In this document: positions 53,350-64,000 of the stretch, piece after piece
Layout of the letters: each line of letters begins with the position of its first letter
How positions within the stretch are numbered: position 1 is the stretch's first letter
Assembly (NCBI GenBank): GCA_053919585.1
Contig: CM132798.1
From: Euprymna scolopes
Lineage: Eukaryota
DNA: 64,000 bases
Direction: 5' to 3' (one strand)
Notes under the pieces: model-generated
Database searches by the model: none
Told to the model about the DNA's origin: nothing
The model's input: only the letters and a program-made list of their open reading frames with translations
Translations under genes and position numbers: made by a program

Positions 53350-53780
53350 TTATTGCTCTAGTCCCGCCACGTAAAATTTCTGGTCGTGATATTTGAATTG
53401 CAGAAAATGAATATGAAAAACAAAAATAATTATAAAATCCAATGAAATCATTGGCAGAAGTATCAGGTGATGTTCAGCTGATGGAAGCGCACAGTGAAAC
53501 GGAAGTGAAATATTAAGCATTAGAAAACAGACTTCCGGTAGCTTAGGATACATTTATGAGTTAATGGCCGATTTTCAACGCGTTCTTAGAAACGAATTGC
53601 AGGTGATTTGTGGTTGAATAAAAGACCAATGGAAAGCAATTACTAAAGTAATAATTATCTTTATAATGACCTCAAAACAAAAATACAAAATAGGCCGTTT
53701 AAAACTTCCGAACAGAAATAGACAATCCGCGAAGCGGGAAATGCTTGTGGAGTAGCTACATGTAGCCAACTGGAAATAGT
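53350..53780. promoter_or_regulatory. Candidate host promoter region
   Basis: Cluster of ETS-like (CGGAAGTG, ACTTCCGG, ACTTCCG), CCAAT/ATTGG and E2F-like GCGGGAAA motifs in sequence with no recognisable repeat. Confidence 0.35.
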
Positions 53781-54294
53781 GTGAGATATAACCTTCTTTA
53801 GAAAATGTTACATGAATATTTAGTAAAACTTATTAATTCTTACATCTTAATATATATTATATGAAAGTCGTAGTCTTATAATTAGACGGAAGCAATATTA
53901 TTATTGAATATTCTAAAATAAATATAGACAGGAATAGGTTCGTGTAGCAATTAATAAAAACGCGATTATGTATTATAGCTATGTTATGATTACAGATAAC
54001 AGATCGGTGATTCGATTAAAATTAAGAAAGATTATAGATAAAAAAAATCTTTTTTAGTCCAATTAATTAGGCTTATTAATAAAATGTCCAAATGTAAAAT
54101 GAATATATTGTTTATGTTTATTGTCTGTCCAGACTTATATATATAATATTGTAATTATCTAATATGTTTGTCAGCAAATACTAATAAAACCAACACAACA
54201 TTTATAACTAAGGCTATCAGAAGAGAATATTCTTCTCATTATTTTGACTCTGGACTACATATCAGTTAATATCTAATATGGCTTTTGATAAAGT

Positions 54295-55260
54295 GCTGTG
54301 GTTCTCGATTGTGTAACTGTGTCTAGATGTCTCAGATATACAGTCGAGACTCAAAACAATGTTAAGAATATTCTATTGTCATAGCCGTATTTATAACTCA
54401 TTATTATGTAATGTATGTGTTATGGGATTAACTTGTAATAAACGAAATGAATACAGGATTTTTAGGAACGGACCATGTATTCAACTAAATTACAGGCTAA
54501 GTGAGTTGAGCATATCCATTCTTCAACTGTGGGGCGTGCTTGATCTCTGACTGTCGGACACCGGTACTCGATACCGGAAGCGATGCCACCAGAGGAAGTT
54601 ACGTCATCAGATAGTCCATTAATCCCAAGCTTCTCGCTCGTAAAATCTGTCAATACCTCTTACTTTTATGGTTTACCATCAATGGCTCGGTAAACTTTCT
54701 CTTGCGTAACGACCGCTGTAGTTCAGGAGTTGGTTGAGGAGGTTAAAGATCAAAAGATTCGAAGACAGCGCATCTTTCAATGAACTGTCGCTGGTATCTT
54801 TTTAGTTTGTTCTGGTGACGTTTCTGGGTATATTTTTGTCCTTGGATTATATATACCATGCCTCCCCACGGGTCACTAGTAGCCTTGAGTGTTTGCGTAA
54901 GAGCTTGTCAAAAACGGATCTCACTTTCCGCGCAAACATCGTCTAAGCAGGTAAGACTGCTGCTGTTGTATTCAGGTTGGGTGTAATCCTATACACGTGT
55001 AGAAATTGTTTCTTTGGCGTTGGGAATTCTTTTGGCGCGGGTGTTTTAGCGTCCGCCTTTGCAGTTCTCGTTGAAGCTTCCTTTTTCGATTTTTCCCTTG
55101 CTGCAAATGGGGCATTTCGTTTCTTCTTGAAAACGTGCAAAGTGTTTTCTTTTAATTCGAATCTTGCTATAGCCTTTTTACATTTTCTTACTCCTGGTGA
55201 GAAGACTTCTGGAAATTTTACTTTTAACTCGTCCTTCAGTTGTTGCGCTTTCCGTCTGGC
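54295..55260 (-). mobile_element. Internally deleted Gypsy element (RT start fused to integrase C-terminus, probable 3' LTR)
   Basis: LKVKFPEVFSPG..ARFELKEN..VFKKKRNAPFA; GMVYIIQG..KRHQN; ELQRSLRKRKFTEPL..KRY*. Confidence 0.75.
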
Positions 55261-55261
55261 T

Positions 55262-58200
55262 CACCCTGGGAGGGAGATGTGGACGTGGAAAAAAAGTACA
55301 GCCTACTGTTCAAGTACATACTTGGATAGGATGCTAGTTAGAAGAGGCGACATAGATTTCTTATCTTGTTCCACGTTCCACTGGCTAGGTCAGTCGGACC
55401 ATAGATTAGTAATGGCTCGTTTGAGAGTAGGTAATAGGCTTAGGTTGGCTGGCTACTGGAAGTTGAAGGCCTCCTTACTGGAGATGAACGACTTCCGGTA
55501 AGAGCTGACAGCACTGATTCAGCAGGAGTTAGTGGGGGCGGTTACCGGGAGTAACTGGTGGGTTAGACATAAGGCTACCATTAGGCTCTTTTGCGTCAAA
55601 TATAGCCAACGCCTCGCGTTAACTTGGGAACGGTCCAAAAGGAACCTAGATGATAGGCTGACTCGGGCGGTGGCTGGTGGGGAGCACCTAGAGATAGCAA
55701 GCGTTATGAAGGTCAGCAGTTAGAGCTAGGTTAAATCGAGTCTCATACGAAGCCGGGAACGTTGACGCTGTTGAGCGTAAGGCTGCTTTAACACGTGGCT
55801 CGGATGGGTACATTCGGAAGGTGAAAAACCTGGAAGTATATACCTCGTATCGAGAGATTTGCAATGGGTTTCGTCAACATCTGGAGGAACGCTTCACCCA
55901 ACTAACCAGACTCCGCGGACAGGAGTTTGGCAGCTATTTAGCCGGTTCGTCTCGCCTTACTGTGGCCCGAGCAGCTAGCTGTGATGGGATGGTTACGAAG
56001 TGTGAAGTCATTACTGCGTTGAAGCAGGTTGGCCATAACACATCTCCAGGGCTGGATGGTGTGTCCTACGAACTGTATTTGAGGCTGTCGCCCATGTTTG
56101 TTCCTCTTCTGACGCGTGTGTTTAACCACTGGTTTGCCCAGGGATCAATCCCTGGGCAGGTAACCAAAGGAGTGGTCACAATACTGAAGAACAGAAAGCG
56201 GCATGGTGGGGAGTACTTAAATGATTATAGGCCCATCACTCTGCTAAACACAGAGTTGTAGATTTTGCCCCGAGTTCTTGCAAACCGACTGCAGGTTGTT
56301 ATCGGCAACTTGGTCGAACCGGATCAGACTTGTTCTGTGAAGGGAGATCGATTCAAAACAACTTTCACTTGGGGCGCACGATCATAGAGGGGTTAGAAGA
56401 CGACACAGGAGCCGCACTGATCAATTTAGATCAGTCCAAAGCGTTCGATAGGGTCGATCATGGTTTCTTGGAATCTGTTATGGAGACCGCCGCTTGGGTC
56501 CGGACTTCCGCAAGTTGATTTCCGTTCTGTATCGTAATCCTGCGGTAGGGATACAAGTAAATGGTAGGTTGTCGGAGTCCTTTGGGGTCTCTCGGTCGGT
56601 TCGACAGGGTTGTTCGCTGTCACCTCTGTTGTGTGTCCTGGCGTTGGAGACCTTCCTTCGCAAATTAAGGGACGAGGCGACTAGACCAGTCCTGTGCGGC
56701 ATAGCTCTTGGGTGTCCGAGTACGCTGATGATGTCACCGTTTTTGTAGGGCGAAGGATCGATATTAAAGCTGTGATGGAGGCGATCGCTGAGTATGAAAG
56801 TGTCTCAGGGGTCGTAGTCAATCGCAGCAAGTCCATTGGTCTGCGGTTGGGCACGTGGACCGGGGTAAATTCGCTTCCAAGTGGGTTCGGCTGGACTGAT
56901 GCCTCGATAAAGATACTTGGAATCTGGTTCGGGCCTGGACTCCAGCTGCATAAAAATTGGTCGGAAGTACAGACGAAGGTCGAATCGTCTGTAAGGACTT
57001 GGATTCGCAGGGGCTTATCCCTGAAGGGTCGTGCGGAGGCGTGTCAAACTTACGTCTTTCCGTTGATCCTTTACCACTTGTAAGTACTTCCTCTGCCTGC
57101 GGACCGCTGTAAGGCTTTGGAGCGACTCCTTTTCAGACTTCTTTAGAAAGGAGGAAAGCCGTATGTCCGTAGACAGGTCTGTACACAGAAACTCAGCGAG
57201 GGAGGATTATGAATGCCTTACTTGTTAAGTCATAAGTACGCCGAAAGATTGGCGTTCCTAATCGGACACTGCTTGAGAAATTGCACTGAGTGGTGGAGAA
57301 AGCTTTTCCACAGTTCCTATCTTCCCCTTTCGCTGAAGGTCGCAGAAGGTGGGGGAACGGCAATTTCTCTCGGAATGCCGAGCCACCCTTAGGGCATTGC
57401 CGGGATCCAGTGACCTTGCACGATCTAGGGGGAGACTATATCGGGATTTAGTGGTGGTGACCACAAAAGATCCGCTGGTTGAACGGCTACACATGTCGAG
57501 GGAAGAGGTCCTCTCTCAGTGGAATTGGGCGCCAGCCAGAAGCTTCTTAAAGAATTCAGAGGTTTCCATATCCTGGCGGCTTGTCCGGAATACGCTGCCA
57601 CTTTTTGGCGTGCTTGCCAGGAACTGCAGGAGGGATAAATACGTTCCCTTTTGCCCCCGTTGCGAGGATGATGACGATGAGACAAGGGATCACGCCTTTT
57701 TTCTTTGCAGCGGAGTTCGGAGGCTCTGGGAGTACGTCGGAGAGGTAACGGCTCGCATTGACCTCGAGCGGTTGGTGCAACTTGATTTGGCGTACGTCGT
57801 CGACAACATAGATCCGCCGCTCACTGGGGAGAAACGGTTGGTGTTTCTCACGATCCTAGCTTTAGCTAGGTTAGTGACGAGTATTACACGTCTTAACATT
57901 GTCTATGAGGTTGAATCTGCTTCGGATCGGGATCTCGTCGCTTACTTTAAGCATCAGCTTAAAGTAAAGATCAGATGCGATTGAAAAAGATTACATCGCA
58001 TAGATTTGGATAGGAGATGGGTGCATCCGACGAGGCGCTAGGGTTTAGTTTGTTTTCCCAGCCTAGTGGGATTGGTCAGGCGGTGCTAAGGTTCTACGGA
58101 ACCCAGCCCCGAGCAAAGTTTATAGAGTAGGAGTAGTTAGGTTGTAACCACTTCGTGTGGAAAATATTTATTATAGGCTAGACTAGTGCAAGTAGGATAG

Positions 58201-58670
58201 TTGATCCTGTCCCCGATTTTATTTTTCATCGGCACTAGGAGAGCTTCCAAAGATGCCCAGTTACCCCTTTGTTTTTCCCCGGTCTGTTGCCCCTACACGT
58301 ACATTTATATTGGAAGACACATTCCATTCCCTATGTAACCCATCCATATCTAATTTGTTTTCAAAATAACGTCCCTAGGTCCCCCACTCCCCATTAGGGA
58401 ACGACCTGCTTGCTTTCGACCTTCGGGACTGGAAGACAGTGGGCGTTCCATAGTTAGAAGTAGGTTGAGAGGATCCCTTACTAACCCGCCCCCATAGGCA
58501 TTTTGTTTAGTTGTTTTTTTTTCTTCCTTTTTGGGTGCATCTTAGCTCGCCTCCCTCCCCATCATCCCATCCCTTATTTATTAGGGGAAAACAAAATATT
58601 TGTTTGTATATATAAATTTTTGTTTTGTTAAAACATGTAAATATTCGTTTTGTTTTTCGGTTTGTATATA
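55262..58670 (+). mobile_element. 5'-truncated Tx1/L1-clade LINE, ORF2 pseudogene (EN C-terminus, RT, CCHC finger) plus 3' UTR
   Basis: YLDRML..SDHRLV, GYWKL, SPGLDG, YRPITLLN, LDQSKAFDRVDH, VRQGCSLSPLL, YADD, LSLKGRA, CPRC..ET.DHAFFLC; several stops and frameshifts. Confidence 0.93.
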
Positions 58671-58829
58671 AAGCCGACGCATACGCTGGGGAGATGTTAA
58701 GTAGATAAACCCCATGGTAAGAATGAGGTATTATGGCGATAGTGTCTTAGTGCAGGAAACTTAATAAAGTCTTTAAAAGACCTAGCAAGTAGTTAGAAAT
58801 GACCATCGACCCCCACTTCCCCCTACTGC

Positions 58830-59510
58830 CCCTGGTGCCTAGTGTTTTGGACCCCAAGTGAGGGCTTGGCAATAGATAATGCCCGGGGCAAAGCACTAAA
58901 TAAACTGTTGTTCTTGGCTTTCGGGCCGGAATCAAAGTGTAGTATCTGGTCCGGCAGATACGGCAAGCAAATACCATATGTAGGGGCGACACCACATATA
59001 AGACCTTGGTCAATGTAGGGGAAACCCTTCATACCAATTGTCACTATCCAGCTCCCCTACTCCCCCGGGAGTTGGCCCCCATTACCCCTTCACTACCTAC
59101 ATTAAAAATCGGTCCTGTGCTTAATTTGCTCGGTGGGGGCCAAATAAATACCAACCCCACAGATAAGACCTTGGTCAATGTAGGAGAAAACCTTCATACC
59201 TATTTCATTATTCTACTCCTCGGGGAGTTGGTCCCCATTTTCCCCTGCACTCCTCACATTAAAAATCGACCTTGTGCCTAATTTGCTCTGTGGGGCAGCA
59301 AATAAATATAATCTATTCTTCACATGCTGCATTTAAGATAATCTGTACCAGTCAATGGAGGGGAAACACTCTATACTGGGGCAATTATTATTTTTTGTAG
59401 CCAGAGTGTCCCTTTTTGCCTACTTTAAGGGGAGCTGGTTTTTACCCCACATTAAAAACAGCCTTGTGTCGAATTTGCTTTTGTGGGGAAGTAAATAAAT
59501 ACATAAATAA
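58830..59510. repeat. ~165-bp tandem minisatellite, 3-4 diverged copies
   Basis: ATAAGACCTTGGTCAATGTAGG at about 58998 and 59163; ACATTAAAAA...AATTTGCT..GTGGGG repeated three times. Confidence 0.8.
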
Positions 59511-59891
59511 ATAAATAAATAGAAAAGAGTGTTTTTAATATGAAAATTGATACATACAAAAGAAAACCGAATTTATATGAGTATAGATAGATGTATGTAT
59601 TTACATATATTTGCATTACGTTCAAGCATACTGTTAATATGAATTATGACTTAATATTTATCTAAAAGCGTCTAATAAAAGTGTAAAGCTTTATATCAAT
59701 ATCAATAAAATCATATAATCATTTCCACAAGTCTGCGCGGGTGGAGCGACATTCCACTATGCATTGTAGTGCTGACAAGATATGAAGATGCTAAATGCTT
59801 ATCGCCGTGTGCATACCTATTACAATGTGTATAAAATATCTATCTATCCAGCTATCTATATATTTATCTCTCCATATAAAAACATATGTAT

Positions 59892-61350
59892 ACTAGCAGG
59901 CCGCCCGGCATTGCCCGATCGTAGAATACGCTTAAATATGATATTCTTTTTAATGCAGATTTCGTAATTTACATTATATTATATGCCACTAAATATATAG
60001 TAATGATTTAAATAAAAAAAGATGACACGTGCGCCACAAGCAAGAATTGATACCTAAACATTTAGATTACGATTTACTTTTTCCTTTGATGTTAATGCCT
60101 GAGCAATGAAGACATGTTTGCTTGAAGGCTAAAAATAAAAATATGAAGAAATAGCTATTACGTTACGCATGCATATTCATAATGCTGTCGTTTGACGTTC
60201 ACCTGGCGCATTCCATCTTTTTTTATTTTTACCCTTTTGCATATATTTTCCCGGCTTAAACCCAAATATAAAGTTTTGCATGGGTTCGAATAGCCTACAC
60301 ATTGAGTTTCATGTATGTAGAAGAAAAACTGACAGAGGAGTTTGGTAGGCAAATTTTTTAATCAAATATATAGAGATAATAAATTCACATCAAGTGCCCC
60401 TGAAGGCCAAATCGCAACGCACTATTAAAAACACACACACAAATTGTAACTCCTTTCATATTAAATTGTGCTTCTTAGGCACTCAGCTACTATGATGAAC
60501 GTCGCCGGTTGTTGTAGAGCATCCAGTTCTCATCACACATCACAATCCGCTCAAGAAATGGGTCGCTTATGCTGTGAAAAAGGACCGTAGAAAACACCAA
60601 AACGCCGATTGTCCTTCACTTCATGCGGCATAAAATATAAATTCTTTTCCTATTTGCTTTAAACAGCGAACGACTTTTGAGTCGTCGAAACCGAGTTAAA
60701 CAGCAACTTTTCTTGTGGTTCTGCGAGGATATGCTTCAATTAAGGCTTTTAAAATGTTTGTTATCAACCGCAGTCGATCCGGCCGCGACGATCTTTATCT
60801 TCACCATTGTGAAATTTCTTGAACAATCGTTAGTGCAAAACACATCATTGATATCATTAATATCACGATCTGTCTAGGCAGCTTTTCCAGGTAGTTTGAA
60901 CTGGAGCCGTAACATCCTGCGGTTATTTATTTTGCCCAGTCTGTCGAAAAACCTGCAAAAAATTAATGAAGAGGTTGGGAACAGTAACGGGCGGATAACA
61001 CGATTCTATAGAGCGAAATACTCGCTTCAAAAGATATATAACATGGGTGTATATGTAAATGAGTCATCTAAGGAATTATATATAACACAATCATGTGAGA
61101 AAACAATATTGTCTTTGCACAAACTTGATACATCTCCAGAGATGGCGTATGTTCATAATACCTGACTGTGTATTTTCTATTTCATAGACAAATACAACTG
61201 GTGAGACTAATATGGAAAGGATGTTTGAATATGCTGTGCTAAACGTGAGAAGACATAATTCATTCCCATCCTCTGCTTGCACCAGCCTTCAGACTCGCTT
61301 TTCTGCTCACCGATTTTTTCCTAAGATAAATATCATTACAGAAAATGGCA
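59892..61350 (-). mobile_element. Helitron remnant (3' hairpin + CTAG end, decayed helicase-like peptides)
   Basis: Minus strand CGGGCAATGCCGGG...CTAG|T at 59892-59918; RLRLITNILKALIEA resembles the Pif1-type helicase segment. Confidence 0.5.
60150..60660 (-). mobile_element. mariner (DD34D) transposase fragment
   Basis: MPHE...NRRF..DPFLERIVMCDENWMLYNNRRR. Confidence 0.8.
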
Positions 61351-61674
61351 TGCATTTTACTTAAACGCTTACATCTGGTATCAGTGACATCACTCCAGTA
61401 AGATTGTTAGGAAACAATTTTTACCAATTTCTCTATTTCTTATTTATATTATTATATTTTATATTAAAAGCATCACCTTCAGAGAAAGACGCTTATTTTT
61501 CCTTATACAGAACAACACACACGTTTACACTCAATCACNNNNNNNNNNNNNNNNNNNNNNNNNNNNNNNNNNNNNNNNNNNNNNNNNNNNNNNNNNNNNN
61601 NNNNNNNNNNNNNNNNNNNNNNNNNNNNNNNNNNNNNNNNNNNNNNNNNNNNNNNNNNNNNNNNNNNNNNNNNN

Positions 61675-62283
61675 TGCCTGTGAGTATTTAAAACATATTA
61701 TAGTAATAATTGTGTCAGCCCCTTTAAAAACACAGTTTTTATTGTTGAACACTTAAAAGACACAATGAAAGTCGCTCACTTAGATGTGCAACGCTGATCA
61801 TGATGTTATTATCATTAGATAACTATTGGCGGACGTCTCAACATTTAAAATAAATGCTATAATTTCAACGATATCTCTCGTGCTTGAAGCTGGCTGTGCG
61901 GTTTATTCCTGTGTAATGGTGCAGAGATGGCCTTATTGTTGGCTTCTAATCTTCCGAACGGCGGTAATCGGTACAACGTTGATTGCTTATTCCCGAAATG
62001 ATAAAACACTAGTGTCTGTAGGTATTAAAAGAATCATTATAATAATGATTATATCAGCGTCTTTTAAAAAAAAAATGGTTCTTATTGTTGAGCACGTTAA
62101 AGTTGAAATGAATAAAAAAACGGTCGTATGGACAAACGTCTCTACATTAAAAATTAAATATTTAAATTTCTATATATTTCTCACGGTTAAAGTTGGTAGT
62201 GTAGTTTGTTTTTTAGTAATGTAGCCTCCCGACCGTCGGTAATCGTGACAAACTTCACTTATAATTCCCGAAAGGACGAAAGT
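61675..62283 (+). mobile_element. Older tandem array of the same retrozyme-like unit as 19733-20170
   Basis: TTCCCGAAATGATAAAACACTAGTGTCTGTAGG at 61990-62022 and TTCCCGAAAGGACGAAA at 62265-62281; spacers homologous to the reverse complement of 19900-20075. Confidence 0.7.
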
Positions 62284-62287
62284 ATTT

Positions 62288-62354
<67 letters not shown>

Positions 62355-64000
62355 ATAAATATATACTAGCAGAAGTACCCGCCGTTGAGTAGATTCAAAA
62401 ACAGCCTACAGAAAATGGACTGTGATTGATGAAAGTGGTACGAAAGGTTATGTAAACAGATAGGTTTTGATACTCAACAATTTTACCCCAAGCAAAATAT
62501 GATGAAAATAAAGATAGTTTTCGCGAAAATATTTTTTTATATAAACTTTGTTTCAATTCATAGCCAAGAGTGACCAACAAAAGTATTTTTCCTTACAAAG
62601 AGAAAATGTTATATATATATATTAATATAAATATACAAGAAATAAATGTTACCATAGTCAATAAAAGTTACTTTTATGGAAGAAAAGTCCATTGGTTTGT
62701 ATTTGTAAGTAGTCTGAAAAAGTTTTTTTTTTATTTTTTCTAATTCACGAGCCGGTTTGAAAAAAATCAAAATGGCAGCGACTTTGAAATGGAGAGCCAT
62801 GTTTTCAATTTGAAGGAGAGGCACCTGATCATTCTGTGTTAACAATTTAAGAGATCCATCAACGTAAGGAATATTTAGAAACATATTTTAATGTTTTTCG
62901 TTTTTTTGTGCTTGAGGAATATTCAATTATGCCATGTGTAGTTTATATAAAAAATCATTTAAGTAGTTATCGCCTCAAAATTCGTTTTAAATTCACTTCG
63001 CTGAAATTATTTCAAGTAAAGAGCATTAAAAACTATTTCAAAACAAAAAAAAACATGAACTGAACTCTTATTGACTAGGTAACGTTTAGTTCTTGTATAT
63101 TTATTTTTTCGGGTAGGCGTTTGTTGGCTTTTCTGCTAAACACTCTTACTAAATATTATCGACGAAATCTCGATAAACTAATAAACTAAAACTGTGTTTA
63201 AAAATAATGAAGCTTTACCTACTTTAGTAAAATAATCCGAAACAGCAAAATAGGATATTAAAAAGTAAACACGTAATTACTTTAGTTTTTTTAAGCAAAG
63301 AAACGATATAAATATGAATAAGAAGAAAATGGAACGCTTTTCAAGCAGAACAGCTTCGTTTCAGTTTTATAATATTGTACGATGCAGTATTGCGCCGTCG
63401 GATTCAGTGCTGTACTATTGTAATGCAAAGAACACTCAGAAAGGGTTGGAATCAACTGAATTACTTCTAGTACACTGACAACAAAGCTTAAACAGGTATA
63501 TAAATAAAAATAAACATGTTATGTAAATGTTTTTAAAAAGACACGTAATCACGCGAGCAGGATGTCTCCCTACATTTGACACGATAACAAGTAACGTTTT
63601 TATTTTGTATTATTTATCTAATTATCTATTTGTGAAAGAGTGCCACGTGGAAGTGGAGAAGGAAATAAAAACATAGTTATGTAAAATTTATGTCGAGAAT
63701 TGTTCCGTCTTTTTTATGGCTTTCACTTTAATAAGTGCATTTATGAGGTGAATTTATTCGACACAATATAATTCAACTGAAACAAATAAATAAAAGCTAA
63801 CGTGAATTAAGATTAAAGTTAAGGTGTTATTGTGGACCCTCACCTTTTTTAAAAAACCTTGTTAAACTTTGTGACATATTTACATTCTATGGTTGTAAGG
63901 CGAAAACGAAGACCGAATAATTTTATTATATCATATTCTTCAAACTGAAAAATAATTGTCAAAGTATATTTACGCAAATAGATATGAAAAGACTTTGTTA

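Overview
AT-rich animal genomic DNA with many (TA)n microsatellites and seven short N gaps. The transposon repertoire is consistent with a cephalopod/mollusc, but that is inference. I could not support an intact host protein-coding gene. The window is mostly decayed transposons: Copia, Gypsy, CR1, RTE, R4/Dong-like, Tx1/L1, Penelope, Tc1, rosa/mariner, Chapaev3 and Helitron. Two things stand out. (1) Several small elements carry type I hammerhead ribozymes. One is a ~340-bp tandem unit combining a tRNA-like Pol III promoter with a hammerhead (19.7-20.2 kb; an older array at 61.7-62.3 kb). There is also a second Pol III + hammerhead family (17.4-17.6 kb) and a CCAAT/TATA-preceded intact hammerhead (51.2-51.5 kb). 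These look like retrozyme/Penelope-dependent units, mostly embedded in (TA)n. (2) A young Gypsy-type element (3429-6019, 5-bp TSD) has three LTRs and an internal inversion. Its primer-binding site is complementary to the 5' 12 nt of tRNA-Phe rather than to a tRNA 3' end. Boundaries of decayed elements are approximate and family calls rest on motif recognition by eye.
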